This document shows positions 50,729 to 63,665 of a DNA stretch of 64,000 bases, one piece after another. Within the stretch, counting starts at the first letter, position 1, and every line of letters starts with the position of its first letter. The notes below the pieces were generated by a model. That model saw only the letters and a list, made by a program, of their open reading frames with translations. It was not told the origin of the DNA and ran no database searches. Where the stretch lies: NCBI GenBank assembly GCA_028534125.1, contig CM052817.1:69628001-69692000 (forward strand), written 5' to 3'. The stretch is from Lama glama. Its lineage: Eukaryota. A program made the translations under genes and the position numbers.

Positions 50729-52826
50729 TAAGACAAGCTAAAAAACAATCCAAATGAGACAGAACCTTAAAGAATTCTTAGTCCCATCTTCTCGTGCATC
50801 CCTTAAGTCACCCTCTTCCATGCACTTAAAACACAGCTCGGAAGCCTAACCTGAGACTTCAAACCAGCTGGTGGTGAAACAGGCCTCCACAAGAGTGTGC
50901 ACTGTTCTCAGCAGACCCTGCTCTTGTGGGTAGCCCCAGGGGGTCAAATCTGAGGCTGGAGAAGGGCCTGCTGCAGCCAGCTCACCCCGTCAGCTTGGCC
51001 TTGCAAGGAGGAAGACTCTGAGGTGAGCCAAAATGCAAGCATCCCGAGGACCTTTAGGCATCTTCACCTTTTAATCTTCCTTGAGAAACACACCTGGCTC
51101 TGAAATCAGAAAACTTAAAAATCTTCCTAATATAGACAAAACAGCATGCTTGATTCTTTGTGTTCTCTCAAGAAAGGATGTTCTCTTTTATTGTAGCTGG
51201 CTGTTTTTGTTATTTATATATCCCCTCATGCCCACCTTCTTAAAAGCAGCTCTTTAGTTTATTTAGTTAACAAAATGTCCTATCTCTTCCCCTTTTAGAT
51301 GGGAAGCAAGAAACACAAAGAGGATGAAGTATGTCCTCAATAGGGAAGGTCGATTCCTTCACTTTCCTCACTGGTTCATAAAATGAGGTTACTGATAAAC
51401 TCATTCCTGCCCCTAAACTCACTTGGATCATTCCCACACTGAAAACTATTCATCCTATAGTTCTGAAGAACATCAGTCAGACCAAATGATTCCCTTAAAA
51501 TGACGAAGATGAAGACTGCACCAAAAAAGAAGATGGGAAACTATTGTAACAAAGTTGTTACTTTATTTCCAAAACAATTTAGTTTGTCTTTGAGATGTAA
51601 GTAAGAACTACAGGTCACGGCAGTCTCTAGGAAACTAAAAGAGCTTTTGGTGCTCAATTCTTCTGAATGCTTTATACTGACAAAGAAGGGAGAATGTGAG
51701 TTTAACCTCATGTGGGAGCTTCAATGCATTGCTTAGGCTAAATCTAAGAGAAGACTCAAATACATTGCAACCTTTTAGGTTACTGCTATTACAGTTTTTT
51801 GTTTGTCAGTATTTCTTGGATAGAGACTATATAGCCCCATAACTAAGCTCCAATAAAAATTTTTAGACTTGATTCCAAAGAATAGCCAAACATGCTTATA
51901 TTTCCCTTTAAACTTTTTTTTTGAAGGAAGATATCACAGAGTATATACAACTAAATTATTTAATCCTTTCTGAAAGAGTTTGCCTCCTAGATAAATTAAA
52001 TTCATCTCCCTTTAAGGTGGGGATGAAAAAGAATGAAATAATAATGTGCATTCCATTCTTTATCCTGAACACGCAACAAGAAGCTGGCAAGGAATTCCCC
52101 ACACACTGTTTTTTTAGGTCATTCAATGATTTATTCATTTATTCAAATATTTTTTGAAAGCCAACTCTGCCTTGAAGCAAAAGTCCTCTTCTCTATATAT
52201 GGTTTTAAAAAAGATCTCAAAACCTCCCATTTGACCACTAACTAGCACTCTGGAGTTCTCCCCCAAACAGTATCAAGAAGCAGTGTTACTTCCTGACTGT
52301 ATTAGTCCCTCAATGAAGAAGAGGTGAAGAATATCTTCAGAACATTTTTTTAAAGATAGCACACTTTTCTTCCCCCTGAAATATCTTTGGCCCTTCCAAA
52401 ATTCAGAAGCAAAAATCAGACCAACTCTGTCCCCTGGGAAGAGTGACTTAGGCCCTGGTTGAAGGGATAAGATGAGTGATGTCAGATCTGTGCAACGGGC
52501 CAGACAAGAGCATGTGCCATACCTTCCCAAGCTCACCCAGCCCTCTGTCTGCACGAACTTTCCCTCCTTCACAGCTGGGACCAAGAACCACAATAAGAGC
52601 CAAGAGAAGTCCTTTCTGCCCTCCCATTCCCAAGAAGGCTTGCCTCTTGGGGATCACCTCTAAAGAGCACCCTCGACAGAGCAGGAGAGTACTCCAGGCA
52701 CAACTAATGTCTAGAATAGACCCACAGATCAGAGAAAAATCTGTAGGTAAGTGTGCTGTTGATATCAGCTGTGTTAGTAAGAGTGGTTTCAACACTGCTG
52801 CAGTGACAGTCATAAAAGCCATCTAC

Positions 52827-53095
52827 CTCGGTTGGTCCAGCATACATCATGGGAGATGGGAAGATGGCCACCACTGTTGTTTCAGGATTCAGGACTCCTT
52901 CCTCCAGCACCGCAGCATGCTGCTTCATACGCCACATCAAAGGAACATCATCATCCTTTGTCCAGCCCCCAAGAGGGTGAAGGAGGAGCACAGGGCGCCG
53001 GTAGCCCCTTTCAAGCAGTTGCCTGTGGGTATCCTGCATTAGCAGGGCATGGCCATTGTGTACCGGGTTCCGTAACTGAAACGCGAAGACAGCAT
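52827..53095 (-). CDS. PAPSS1: PAPSS1 antepenultimate coding exon (equivalent to human exon 10), ATP-sulfurylase domain with HNGH (HxxH) motif
   Basis: Minus strand translates to (D)[89 protein letters not shown]. Acceptor ttctttttcag|AT (AG at 53097-53096), donor GAG|gtagat (GT at 52826-52825). 269 bp, phase 1 in, phase 0 out. HNGH codons at 53060-53049. Confidence 0.97.
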
Positions 53096-54869
53096 CTGAA
53101 AAAGAATTTCCAGAGTTGAGAACAGTCCATTTCTAACAGAGTACCTTCCAAAGGACAAGCAGTTCTTCTTGAAGCTCGATGCTTAGGATTAAGCAAACAT
53201 GCATGCTCAAAATCAGAAACTGATGGAAAACACGGACTGCTTTGACCATGTACTCCAAGGCAACATGAGTTAAAGTAGTTTTTACTTTACAAATCTTAGA
53301 AGCCTAAGGATGTGTCAACATAATAGTGATGGATTTATAATAATTACTTTCTGCATTCATGGGCAACCTGAGAATAATCATCAGACTTTCTGGTCCTAAC
53401 AGCTCAATGCAACTGCTTGCAATGGATATAAACTCTTTGTGCTTTAATTACCCATCAGGTCAATCCCTCCATTGGCCCTAAGATACTCCTTTATTAAGGA
53501 AAGATAGACAGGTAGAGTTTAAATTTTTTTTTAATTTACTTACTATCCAACTAGGCCATTTATACTGATTACTTTCCTTGACTGGAATACTATGTTGTCC
53601 TGTGATGCCAGGTCTGGACTTTGGATTATAGTTTAGCAAAAACAATATCCCTTACAGGGATATTACTATTACTCAAATAATAAAAACTTCTAGATTAATT
53701 AAACTGGTTAGCTCTGTATCTTCTGCTTATAACCCTGGCTTCAGGAGACCTTTCTTAGAAGGTGTGGTTCCTTGGCATCAAAGAGTAATTTCACAGAACA
53801 GAGCAACAACCCAGGTAGAGGAGCTCTGTGTTTTATCCCTCACAACATCTGGCTGATCCAATCATGTTGATTCGATCTCGACTCAGAGAGAACATCATCC
53901 CCTCTTCTAGTAACTTCAAGCCAAGCAATACAACATCTCCAGCCTAGTCTCAACTCTGACCCTCTTCTATTCACCGTGACAAAAGGCACAGAAAGAAACT
54001 TGACCAGGAGATTTTTGGGGACACATCTGTGATATTCCGAGATTCAGAGCATTACCCCATGCTCTGAAATTCTCAAGTGATCTTTTACACATGCGCCAGG
54101 CTGGTTTTCACCCAGAAAACAGCTGATAATGATGTAACATACAAAAAAGAAGTCTTGATACAAACATGTGAGTATTTAAAACTACTCTGCTTGAAAGAAG
54201 TGGGAGGAGGGCAAGTTTTTCCTTCCTTCAAAGAATTTTAGATATAATATATGGATAGCAAAAGATTTCAAAACATCTCTTTTAACCATTAAGTAGAACT
54301 CCAGAACTCCCCTTCCCAAGACCAAGGAGCAATTTTACTTCATGATTCTATTATATCCCAGTCCAAAAAAAAAAAAAAAGAACTGATAAAGAATGTCCCC
54401 CGAACATGACATTAAAATTACTTCTGAATTTAATCTGCATCCTGATTCTGTCCTAAATCTCATCAGGAGGTTTGGTTCTCTCCCCTCTCTTCCTTCACTT
54501 TGTAATGCCCATTTTCTTTGTAAACAGCCTTGAATCACAACAGAGACACTTACTAAGCGTTAATGCATCCTGCTCCTGGGCAGATGTGATTACTGCACTG
54601 ATGGGGAGGCTGGGGGCGAGTGGCTCCAGGCTTGCACCACAGGGAGGAAAGGATGCTGACCTTGCACAAGTCTGCGGCACCAAAGCCACGGAGACACCTG
54701 CATGGTTGGGACCAACAGGGCCAGGGCCAAGAAGACAGCCCTTTTGATTGGGAGACTGTACACACAGGGAGATAAGAGCATGGAAGCAAATATATTGAGG
54801 ATAATGGGAGCCAGGATTCCCACTGCAGGAGAAGAAAGACAAAAATACCAAAAAGAAGAAAGGCTACAA

Positions 54870-56280
54870 AAGACTATGTGGTATTAGATTAGGACTGAAA
54901 GTAGCAGTGTGAGCTTACAGTTTTCAGCTATATAGACAAACAGACACAGAAGCAGATATAGATATATGTGATGAGTCTATGTGTTTATGTGCCTATGCAC
55001 ATTTTTTGGTTCTGTCCACTGAACGACCCTACAAGCAATGACTACCCAGTGGCAATGAACAAAACTAAAGCCCAAATTTTGCATTTTAAATAGTACTCCC
55101 CACTTAAATAAACCATGGCTCCTTGGCAAAATGGCCAATTTTACGGCCAGAGCATGAAAAGTACAACAGGAGCTGGAACGTCTTTCTGTGTCATAGAGAA
55201 AGGAAGTGCTCAGAGAACGATGAGAGCACATTGAATGGATATAGCAAGCAGTCCAGCAGGGCCCAAAGGCCAACCTGGGACAAGCTAAATATCAAAATAA
55301 ATAATGATATTAAGGGATTATAACCCACTGAGTAAAACAGGAATCTGTGAGTGCAGAAAGAATGAAATAAATGAACAAACCAATGGAGGAGAAGAGGAAA
55401 CTCTAACTTACAGTAAAAGGTCAACTAATAAAGATAGATGGAATGATGGAATAGAAAAATCACCTCCTGGCAGTATTTGCAGCGTGCAAAAGCCAGCAGG
55501 TAAGTCTGATGACAATGGGATATTTATGGAGTCTCAAAATCTCTCCCCCAAAATACTTCTTAGTAAGTACAAAATAATTTGTTAACTTTACAGCAGAAAA
55601 ACCTGGCAAAGATGATCTTAAATGATAAAAGTTAAGTTTAAAAAAAGTTAACCTCATCTATAATAGACAAATCAAACTTATAAGCCACCAAACATGATGC
55701 ACTGAGAATTCAGAAAGGCTTCCCATAGGATTCCTGACAAAAGTGTATAAATGAAACCTAGTCATGAGGAAACAGATAAACCCAAACTGAGAGACAGTCA
55801 ACAAAACATATGTACTCTTCAAAACTGCCAAGGCTGTGAAAGACACAGCAAAGACTAAGTAACTGTTCAGACTGAAGTAAAATAAAAAGACATGACTGAC
55901 ACCCTGAACCAGGAAGGAAAGTGGCAGGGGAAGATTTTACTGTTGTTAGTTTTGTGATAAAGGACATTACTGGGACAATGTCATGATGTGAATGAAGTAT
56001 AGAGAGTAGGCAGTATTATATCAATGGTATTTCCCAAGTTTAATGAGCACACTGAGGTTAGGAAGGAGACTGTCCTTGCTGTCAGGAAATACATGTGGAA
56101 ATAGTAAGGGGTAATGAGGCAACAAGTCTGCAACTTTCAAAAAGAGTGAGAACAAGAAATCAAATAAAGTATAATGTTAATTATGGAATCTGGGGGAAAA
56201 AGATATAGGAGTTCTTGGTAGTATTCTTAAAACTTTGTCAATTTAAAATTATTTCAAAATAAAAAGTTAAAAAACAAAGT
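54870..56280 (+). mobile_element. L1MC/L1MD-type long 3' region
   Basis: gctccttggcaaaatggcc...aaataaataatgatattaagggattataacccactgagtaaaa...gtaactttacagcagaaaaacctggcaaa...aacccaaactgagagacagtc. Confidence 0.75.
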
Positions 56281-56349
56281 AAAAAATTATGAGAGACATG
56301 AACTGATTACAATTGGGGATTTAATTTATTTATATTTATTTTACTTATT

Positions 56350-56536
56350 TATATACTATATATAAAATAGATAAACAAGTTTTTCTGTATAGCACATAGA
56401 ACTATATTCAATATCTTGTAGTAACCTATAATGAAAAAGAATACGAAAATGAATACACGTATATGTATGTATGACTGAAACATGCTATACACCAGAAATT
56501 GACACATTGTGACTGTACTTCAATAATAAAAAAAAG
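56350..56536 (+). mobile_element. Short young L1 3' end (same family as the element at 1-857)
   Basis: tatataaaatagataaacaagtttttctgtatagcacatagaactatattcaatatcttgtag...gaaattgacacattgtgactgtacttcaataataaaaaaa. Confidence 0.8.
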
Positions 56537-56539
56537 AAA

Positions 56540-56895
56540 TGTTGACTACTATGAAATTATTAGAAATACAAACACTGACTAGATATTTGATAGTATTAAG
56601 AAACTATTATTATTTAGGTGCAATAGTGATAATACCATGGTTCTATTTTTTAAAGTCTTTACCTTTAATAAATACTTTCTTAACTGTTTAGATGGAAATG
56701 ACATGGGGTTTGAGACTTGCTTCAGAATAACATGCAGGGATGCGGTGGGGCAGGCAGGAGTACAGGTGAAACAAGATTAGCCAAGAGCCGGTACTACTAG
56801 AGCTGGGTTAGTAGCACACAGTGATTCACTATACCATTATCTCTACTTAATAAATATAAGTAGTATATGCTTGAAATTTTCCATAGTAATTTTTA
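56540..56895 (+). mobile_element. L1MC4-like 3' terminus
   Basis: gactagatatttgatagtattaagaaactatt...gacttgcttcagaataa...gaaacaagattagccaagag...tgcttgaaattttccatagtaa. Confidence 0.7.
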
Positions 56896-56944
56896 AAAGA
56901 GAAGATACGTGTAAAGTACCAGAAGAAACACTGTTTTGAAACAG

Positions 56945-57125
56945 GATATTTGTGGGTTCAAATCATAGGTCTACCAGTTTCTAACCATGGACTGTGTAAG
57001 GACTTAATTTCACTTTATACATTTCTGAAGTGGGGATGATACTAAAGTTAGTGTTTTGAAAATAAAATAATATAAGGTACCCAGCATGCTAAGATGCACA
57101 TTGCATGCTGTCACTTAATAAATCT
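56945..57125 (+). mobile_element. MIR SINE
   Basis: tgggttcaaatcataggtctacc...ctgaagtggggatgatact. Confidence 0.55.
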
Positions 57126-58354
57126 AAGTTCCTTAAGACAATTCACTCTTTAAAAAAACACCCACCACATCTAAAAGTTCCCGGCAGGAAACTGAACCCC
57201 TTTTTCTACTAGTGGCTCAAAGCCTAGTCCAGTACAAACGGACACTCCAGTGAGTGTTTCCAAGATGAGGGTGTGCTAGTCCCGTGCTGCAATATGCAGC
57301 CTTCGCCCTCCTTAATCAAGAACAGGCGCCTGACCATGAATAGGACCCTTGGGTAATGCATCTCAGGTGTATGATGACTACATTCCTAGGCTTCAATCAG
57401 GTCAAATCTGATTTTGTAAAACCGCCATTTAGCCAGATTATTTATATGACAGGATGTGCAAAAGGAAACATAAAACACAAATTCTGTCTCAAATATATGT
57501 ATTTCACAGATTCTAATAATTCATCTACCTAGGTTTCCTTTCCAAAAAGAATTAATCTTGCTCCACACTGGACATTTAACAGATAAAGTTAAGACGAATG
57601 ACTTCTTAAAAGTTTACATTAGCAGCATATAAAGGATTTTACTGCCAAAATTTCTCCCAGGTAGCATTATTTCCTTACTATCAGTTCCATTCAGAAATCC
57701 AACAATCATCTGATCTGTCTGCCCATTTTTTCTTGCCAATACTACCAAGTCTTTCCTAAATTTCCAGTCTTTTCAATCCCTTGTAACTATTTATCAATGA
57801 ATGACACAAATATTTTTAACTGCCTGCAGTTTCAGACTGCATTTTCATCCTTACCATCTGGTTTTCCCACCAGAGAACTTACGTGGATGAACAATGCAAT
57901 AGGAGTACCCGATCCACTGGAAGCTGACATTCCCAAGGTACTGTCCCAACTAACATAACCCAATATGCATCACCATTAAAATTTCCTCCATCAGTTTTCT
58001 ATCAAGGATGGAAAAAGAATAATGGGCCATGGATACTTACTGCAACTTTCATTAATTTCTCACTCTCATCCCCATTTTCTAAAGGATGGTGATTTCCCTA
58101 TCGTCACAACACGATCAGTGTACAATATTCGCCTTTTCAGTTGTATCTCCTTATGGCTTAGTGGAAGACTCCTTTATCTAGGACCAGGGTTTCACCTGTG
58201 TTTAAAATTGGGCTATGATCCACCAGATGACTGAAATTTACTATTAAATAATTTCCATTTCCTTGTAGCCTGCTGTCCCCTGGTTCCTGGGAAAGGACCA
58301 GGAATTCTATAATCTTGATTTATAGAAAGTAACTGTGGAGCTGCTGACATCACG

Positions 58355-58575
58355 CACAAAAGCAAATTTTTTTCCTTAAAGAACTAGAGTGAATATTTTA
58401 AGCTTTGCGGACTGTGAGGTTTCTGCTGCAAGCCCTCAATCCTGCAGGAGTAGTACAAAGACAGTCACAGACAATGCAGAAATGAGTGGATGGGGGTATT
58501 TCCCAATAAAACTTTATTTACAAGAACTGGCAGTGGGCCAGATCTGTCCTGTAGGCTGCAGTTCACCCACCTCTG
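58355..58575. mobile_element. MER58A-type hAT DNA transposon
   Basis: gtgaatattttaagctttgcgg...cccaataaaactttatttacaagaactggcagtgggccagat...gcagttcacccacctctg. Confidence 0.8.
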
Positions 58576-58702
58576 AAAGACAAATGGAATTCGGGTGATG
58601 GGGGTAAGAAGAGAGTTACAACCAAGCCGACTGGTGTGAGCAAATCTGTGGAGGGAGGAAAACGCATGTGTCTGAGGACACAGAATCCTCCATTTGGCCA
58701 AA

Positions 58703-59202
58703 NNNNNNNNNNNNNNNNNNNNNNNNNNNNNNNNNNNNNNNNNNNNNNNNNNNNNNNNNNNNNNNNNNNNNNNNNNNNNNNNNNNNNNNNNNNNNNNNNN
58801 NNNNNNNNNNNNNNNNNNNNNNNNNNNNNNNNNNNNNNNNNNNNNNNNNNNNNNNNNNNNNNNNNNNNNNNNNNNNNNNNNNNNNNNNNNNNNNNNNNNN
58901 NNNNNNNNNNNNNNNNNNNNNNNNNNNNNNNNNNNNNNNNNNNNNNNNNNNNNNNNNNNNNNNNNNNNNNNNNNNNNNNNNNNNNNNNNNNNNNNNNNNN
59001 NNNNNNNNNNNNNNNNNNNNNNNNNNNNNNNNNNNNNNNNNNNNNNNNNNNNNNNNNNNNNNNNNNNNNNNNNNNNNNNNNNNNNNNNNNNNNNNNNNNN
59101 NNNNNNNNNNNNNNNNNNNNNNNNNNNNNNNNNNNNNNNNNNNNNNNNNNNNNNNNNNNNNNNNNNNNNNNNNNNNNNNNNNNNNNNNNNNNNNNNNNNN
59201 NN
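58703..59202. other. Assembly gap (500 N)
   Basis: Run of N. Confidence 1.
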
Positions 59203-61185
59203 CTCCCCTCCCCCCAACCCCCAGGAGCCTACAGTCTAGTCAGAGGAGGAGAAACAAACATTCAGTAATCAGAAAATAAATACATGTTAGAGGGAATAGC
59301 CTTCCTTCAACTCCAAGAGGATCATGATCGGTAAGTCTGGTGATGGTATGAAGGATAAAGCAATGGAAGACAAGACCAGGACTAGAGTCACTCCTTCAAC
59401 CAGTTCCTGCCTGCTCTGTCACAGTGGGTATGAAACTCCTGCCAAATCCAAAAGGCATTTTCCTGTTTTAAATGGCCCTGACATCTGTTGCCTCTGACCA
59501 AAAAAGAAAAATCAGCACCACTGTTTTCACTGCTTCAAAGCCTGCTAACCATGCTTTCTATTTCATCTGCCTCTTTACTCCCTTTTTCCTTAAGTAAAAA
59601 CCAGGAAACACTGAAGAAAATTTGGGGGGCAGGAATTGCCCCAAATGCACTATCTTAATACCACTGTTTAAGGTTTTTTACAAGTCTCCTTTTTTTTTTT
59701 CCCTTATGCAGACATCTCTACATAGTTGTGATCAAATGTGTATGACATTATAAACTCTGCTTGGCCATTCTCGTCTAATCACCTGTTTCTGACATCCTGT
59801 AGTCCTTTTGGAGCAACAGGGTTCATTGCTGGGTCCTAGGAAATTCTTTCTCTACATAATCATTCAGGAAACCTACCCTGAGCCTGGATTCAATTACCAT
59901 GTGCATACAGATGGCTTCTGTTAGCTGCATCTCTAAGTCCTGACCTTCCAACTCATCAGTTACAGAGACTTACTCCTAAGAACAATTTCAGTACATTCCC
60001 CAGCCCCTCAATTCCTCCACCTTCACTATGACTGTCACATCCCAAGACAAATGCTGGTCCAGCTCTCAAAACCTGTTCCTCCTCTTACATTTTACGTCTA
60101 AGTAAAGAAAGAGCCCAGCAGTACAGCTTCTCTCCTCTCCTCTGGATTCAGCACTCTCCAGTCCAGCAGCCAACACACTATGTTAACAAGTACGGTCTGA
60201 CCTCTTTCCTTCCAGCAGGTGGAAGGGGAAGAAGAGAGTGGAGAAGGTTCTTCTGAGGATGTGCTGATTCATGACGGGGAAGGAGTGGCAACCAGCAGCA
60301 TTCTCTGGTGGTGGGAGGAGGATGGGCACTGACCCCCTGGATCCGTGAAGGACACTGCAGCATAATCCTGCACCACGGCCATCAACAGTGATGCGGCAGA
60401 GGACAAACACCAGGGCTTGACCCCTGCTCTGCAGTTTCTCAGCCAGGGGCCTGGGGACAACTGCAGTCCCCCAGGAGGGTCCTGGCGAGCAACAAACAAA
60501 TGAGTGAGCAGGGAACTGCTCCCACCCCATCTACCCTTCCCCCAGACGTCTCAGAACTGTGCTTCGCTGCCTGGCCCACAGACAGAGCCCTGGCCTGCAC
60601 CCCAACCACGAAACCCAGAATTACAACATCCTCCCACTTCCTTCCTTCAGTTTCTCTGCAAACTGTCCTACATACAGCAGTCATCAGCAGGTCTTCTCTC
60701 CCAGTCCTCCCCAAGCTCTGTCATCTGCCACTTTACCCCCAAGCTCGAAGGACACATATTTCTGATTTTCCCTACATCAGTGCAGCAGCTGAACAAGAGA
60801 GTCCCGACGACAGCTCTAGAGCTGTTAAGTGGGGTGTGCGCACACGCTGTGTTTGTGGCAGCTTTTTGAAGGGAGCTGGAAGTAAGAGTTTGATTCCTGC
60901 CCTTCCCTCAGGACTGTCATAAATTAGCAATCTTTTACTTAAACTGTTCATGAGGAGGGGAGGAAAATCAACAAGACAGAGAGAGGCCACTTGAGTAAAT
61001 ATGACTAGACTAGAATTTTTCACAAACAGGTACTCTCATACCCACAAAGTACGGCAGCAAGTTGTTTTTCTTTCTCAAGACTAGAAATGCTTTCAAATTA
61101 AAGTGAAAAATAATGTTGAATACAATGCTTTCTGCCAGTTGGACACCGTGCTGCCTGTTCTCCATTCCCCTTCTCGTCCATTCTT

Positions 61186-61231
61186 TGTCTTGTGCCTGTG
61201 TGCCTGTGTGTTTGTGTGTGTGTGTGTGTGT
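61186..61231. repeat. (TG)n microsatellite, imperfect
   Basis: tgtcttgtgcctgtgtgcctgtgtgtttgtgtgtgtgtgtgtgtgt. Confidence 0.85.
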
Positions 61232-62674
61232 CTGGGGGTGGGGGAGCGCTGTACACCCGCCTCCCTATGGGAGACATTAGCAGGAAACCAGAGGATGCAG
61301 GAAGAAAAAGTCTGCACAAGTAGCATCCTGTCATCCATGCCCACATCCCCCTACAACTAGCTTTTGCCCAGCAGCCCCTCTCCACAGCTCCAGCTCCTCC
61401 TACCCAACTACAGAAACAATGTTTCCTTATGACACCCCTTCATGAATGGTAAAACGACCCCAACTCGCTGGTCCCTGGATGCCTCATCATTTTTCGATGG
61501 TTTCCTTAACCCTGATCACCCCTCTTTAAATACTGTCAGATAATGTTCACAGCCTCATCTGCATGTGCCCTACTCTGGCCGACAGAGGATCCATCACCCA
61601 CCCTCAGGTGACAGCATCTCCAACTCACCACCATTTATGGTCGAGAAATCCCAGTGCTTTCAGAGCCAAACCATCTATCTCCATCTCAGCCTTCTCATGT
61701 CTGCATCCTTCCCAACTTTGCCTAAGACATCCACCTACTGTCTCTATCCATGCACTTAAAACACACTTTGTGGTTCAACAACTCTACAAGCTTTCTCAGA
61801 TTTATTCAACAGGGTGCTACCACATACTAGCTTGAAAGAAGGTATGTCAACTTTTCCCTCTATAACCCAGCAGGACACGAACACCCTGTGTGTAATAAAT
61901 ACTAACCGGCTTTTACTTGGTTTAAGTGAAATTCATTCTTCCCTTCCAGGATAGTGGTCAACCATCAGAGGTTCCGAGAACCTGCCATCTGGAACCGTGT
62001 CACCTTTCAATCACTGACTTGGGTAATAAAGCCCTCTCAATCCCTCCAACTGCAGAACGGTCTAGAGACAGCAAACCTGAGCATACTACTGTGCCCAGGA
62101 CAGGAGCGCACACAGGGTAACCAAAGCTCCTCTAAGGTGAGAGAAGAAGAAGGAAGGAGAGGTAAGGAAAGAAACTAAAAAAAAAAACCCTGTTTTCTCT
62201 CCCTTGAACTAGGATTTGTACATGCCAGTAGATGACTCGTTACTGGCTTCCTAAAAGAGTGAACAAGAATTATGAAGGAAGCTCCTCAGTCTTTGCTTAT
62301 TTGCCTCAGTCTAAAATGGAAAAGTAAACAAAATAATGCTTCACCATCTCTTCTGCCTGAGAGCCTACCTGGCTCTCAGCTACTTTAAACAAAGCTGCAA
62401 TCACTCATTATGCAACAACTGCTCTAAATGATTTAAAATGTTTGGTGCCCAAGGAAGAACGCAAAACAGATGTAATATAAAGTCTCTGATTATGAATGAT
62501 AATTTCTTGATAAGACCCCTCAACAGTGCCAATGATTAATTTACTACCATGAATTCCAGATATGAATTATTTGGGGGGAAAAATTAAAGTAAACAAGGTG
62601 GTCTCAGCAAGTCATCTGTTAAACATGTTCCTGTTCACCAGTCTGAAAAAAAAAAGAAGTCTGCATATATCAAA

Positions 62675-63120
62675 CTGTCAGATGCTTCTGGTTGCAAATA
62701 CAAATGACCCAACTGGAAGTGTCCTGTATCACCAAACAAGCATTAGGTCTTCAAATAAGAACTCTGGATATAGAGGACTCCAGGGTTGGATAAGAAAATT
62801 AAACAGTATAAGATTCCCATGGATTCTCATGGATGTAAAATGGCTGCAAGAGCTCCAAACATTGCACCCTTACATGAAGACAGCAACCAAAGCAGGAAGA
62901 AAAGGAAGAAAGGAAAAAGGAAATGTTTTTGCCCTAAGCCAGTTTCTTGTCAGGAAGGAAAACCTTTCCCAGAAGCCCCTCTTCCTTATATCTCAGAGGC
63001 CAAAACTGACTTCCACATGGACCCTTAAATCACACACTGACAAAAGAGAATGGGGCACCATCACTGACCAACAGCAGTCGTGACACAGACCCTTATGACT
63101 CGGCCCAAAGCATGTTAGCA
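62675..63120 (-). mobile_element. MLT1-type (MaLR) LTR remnant
   Basis: tgtcagatgcttctggttgcaaatacaaatgacccaact...aaaatggctgcaagagctccaaac...aaacctttcccagaagcccc. Confidence 0.65.
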
Positions 63121-63504
63121 AGAAAGAAAACAAGCTGCTGCATAAGAAAGCATCAAGCGTAATAGTCAGAGAAATTCCTACACAAGTATAAACTTGAGCC
63201 AAATATTTGCTTCAAATTCAGGAGTGGAATAAAATTCAGAAAAAGGAATGGGGTCCTACACTGAAATACCCTAGAGGGGCCAAGCAAGAAGTGTGAGTGA
63301 ACGGAGCGGGCTGGGTGGGAACTGTGGCACTCTGAAGAGCGTGTGCTCATCTGAGGCCTCCAGTCCTCGATCGGTTTTAATCTCTAATTACTTCCAATAT
63401 TGGCAAATTACAGTAGAACCTAAGAATAAACAAGATATTCTTTCTCTACCCTTTAGACATATACAGGTAAACTAGCTTCAGACTCACATAACAGAAACGA
63501 CACC

Positions 63505-63665
63505 TTAACCTCTTACTGTGTGCCAGGTACTATGACGGTGCCTTACCATCTTACCTCATTTCACTACCATCATTGTCCTCATTTGTAGGACTCAGGGAAC
63601 CGAGCCTTAGAGAGGAAACCACTTTCCCCACAACCACTTAACTTCTAGGTGGTGAAACGGGGTAC
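63505..63665 (-). mobile_element. MIR SINE, antisense
   Basis: cttactgtgtgccaggtactatg...ttacctcatttcact...gtcctcatttgtaggactcagggaaccgagccttagagagg. Confidence 0.65.

Noticed and set aside
52476..53042. 188-aa plus-strand ORF overlapping the PAPSS1 exon
   Set aside because: It is an antisense shadow of a coding exon plus intron. It has no recognisable domain and no independent splice or promoter support.
58465..59279. ORFs of 181-250 aa spanning the second N run
   Set aside because: Artefact of translating N bases.
62562..63083. 173-aa plus-strand ORF
   Set aside because: It mostly overlaps an MLT1-type LTR relic and shows no protein-like features.
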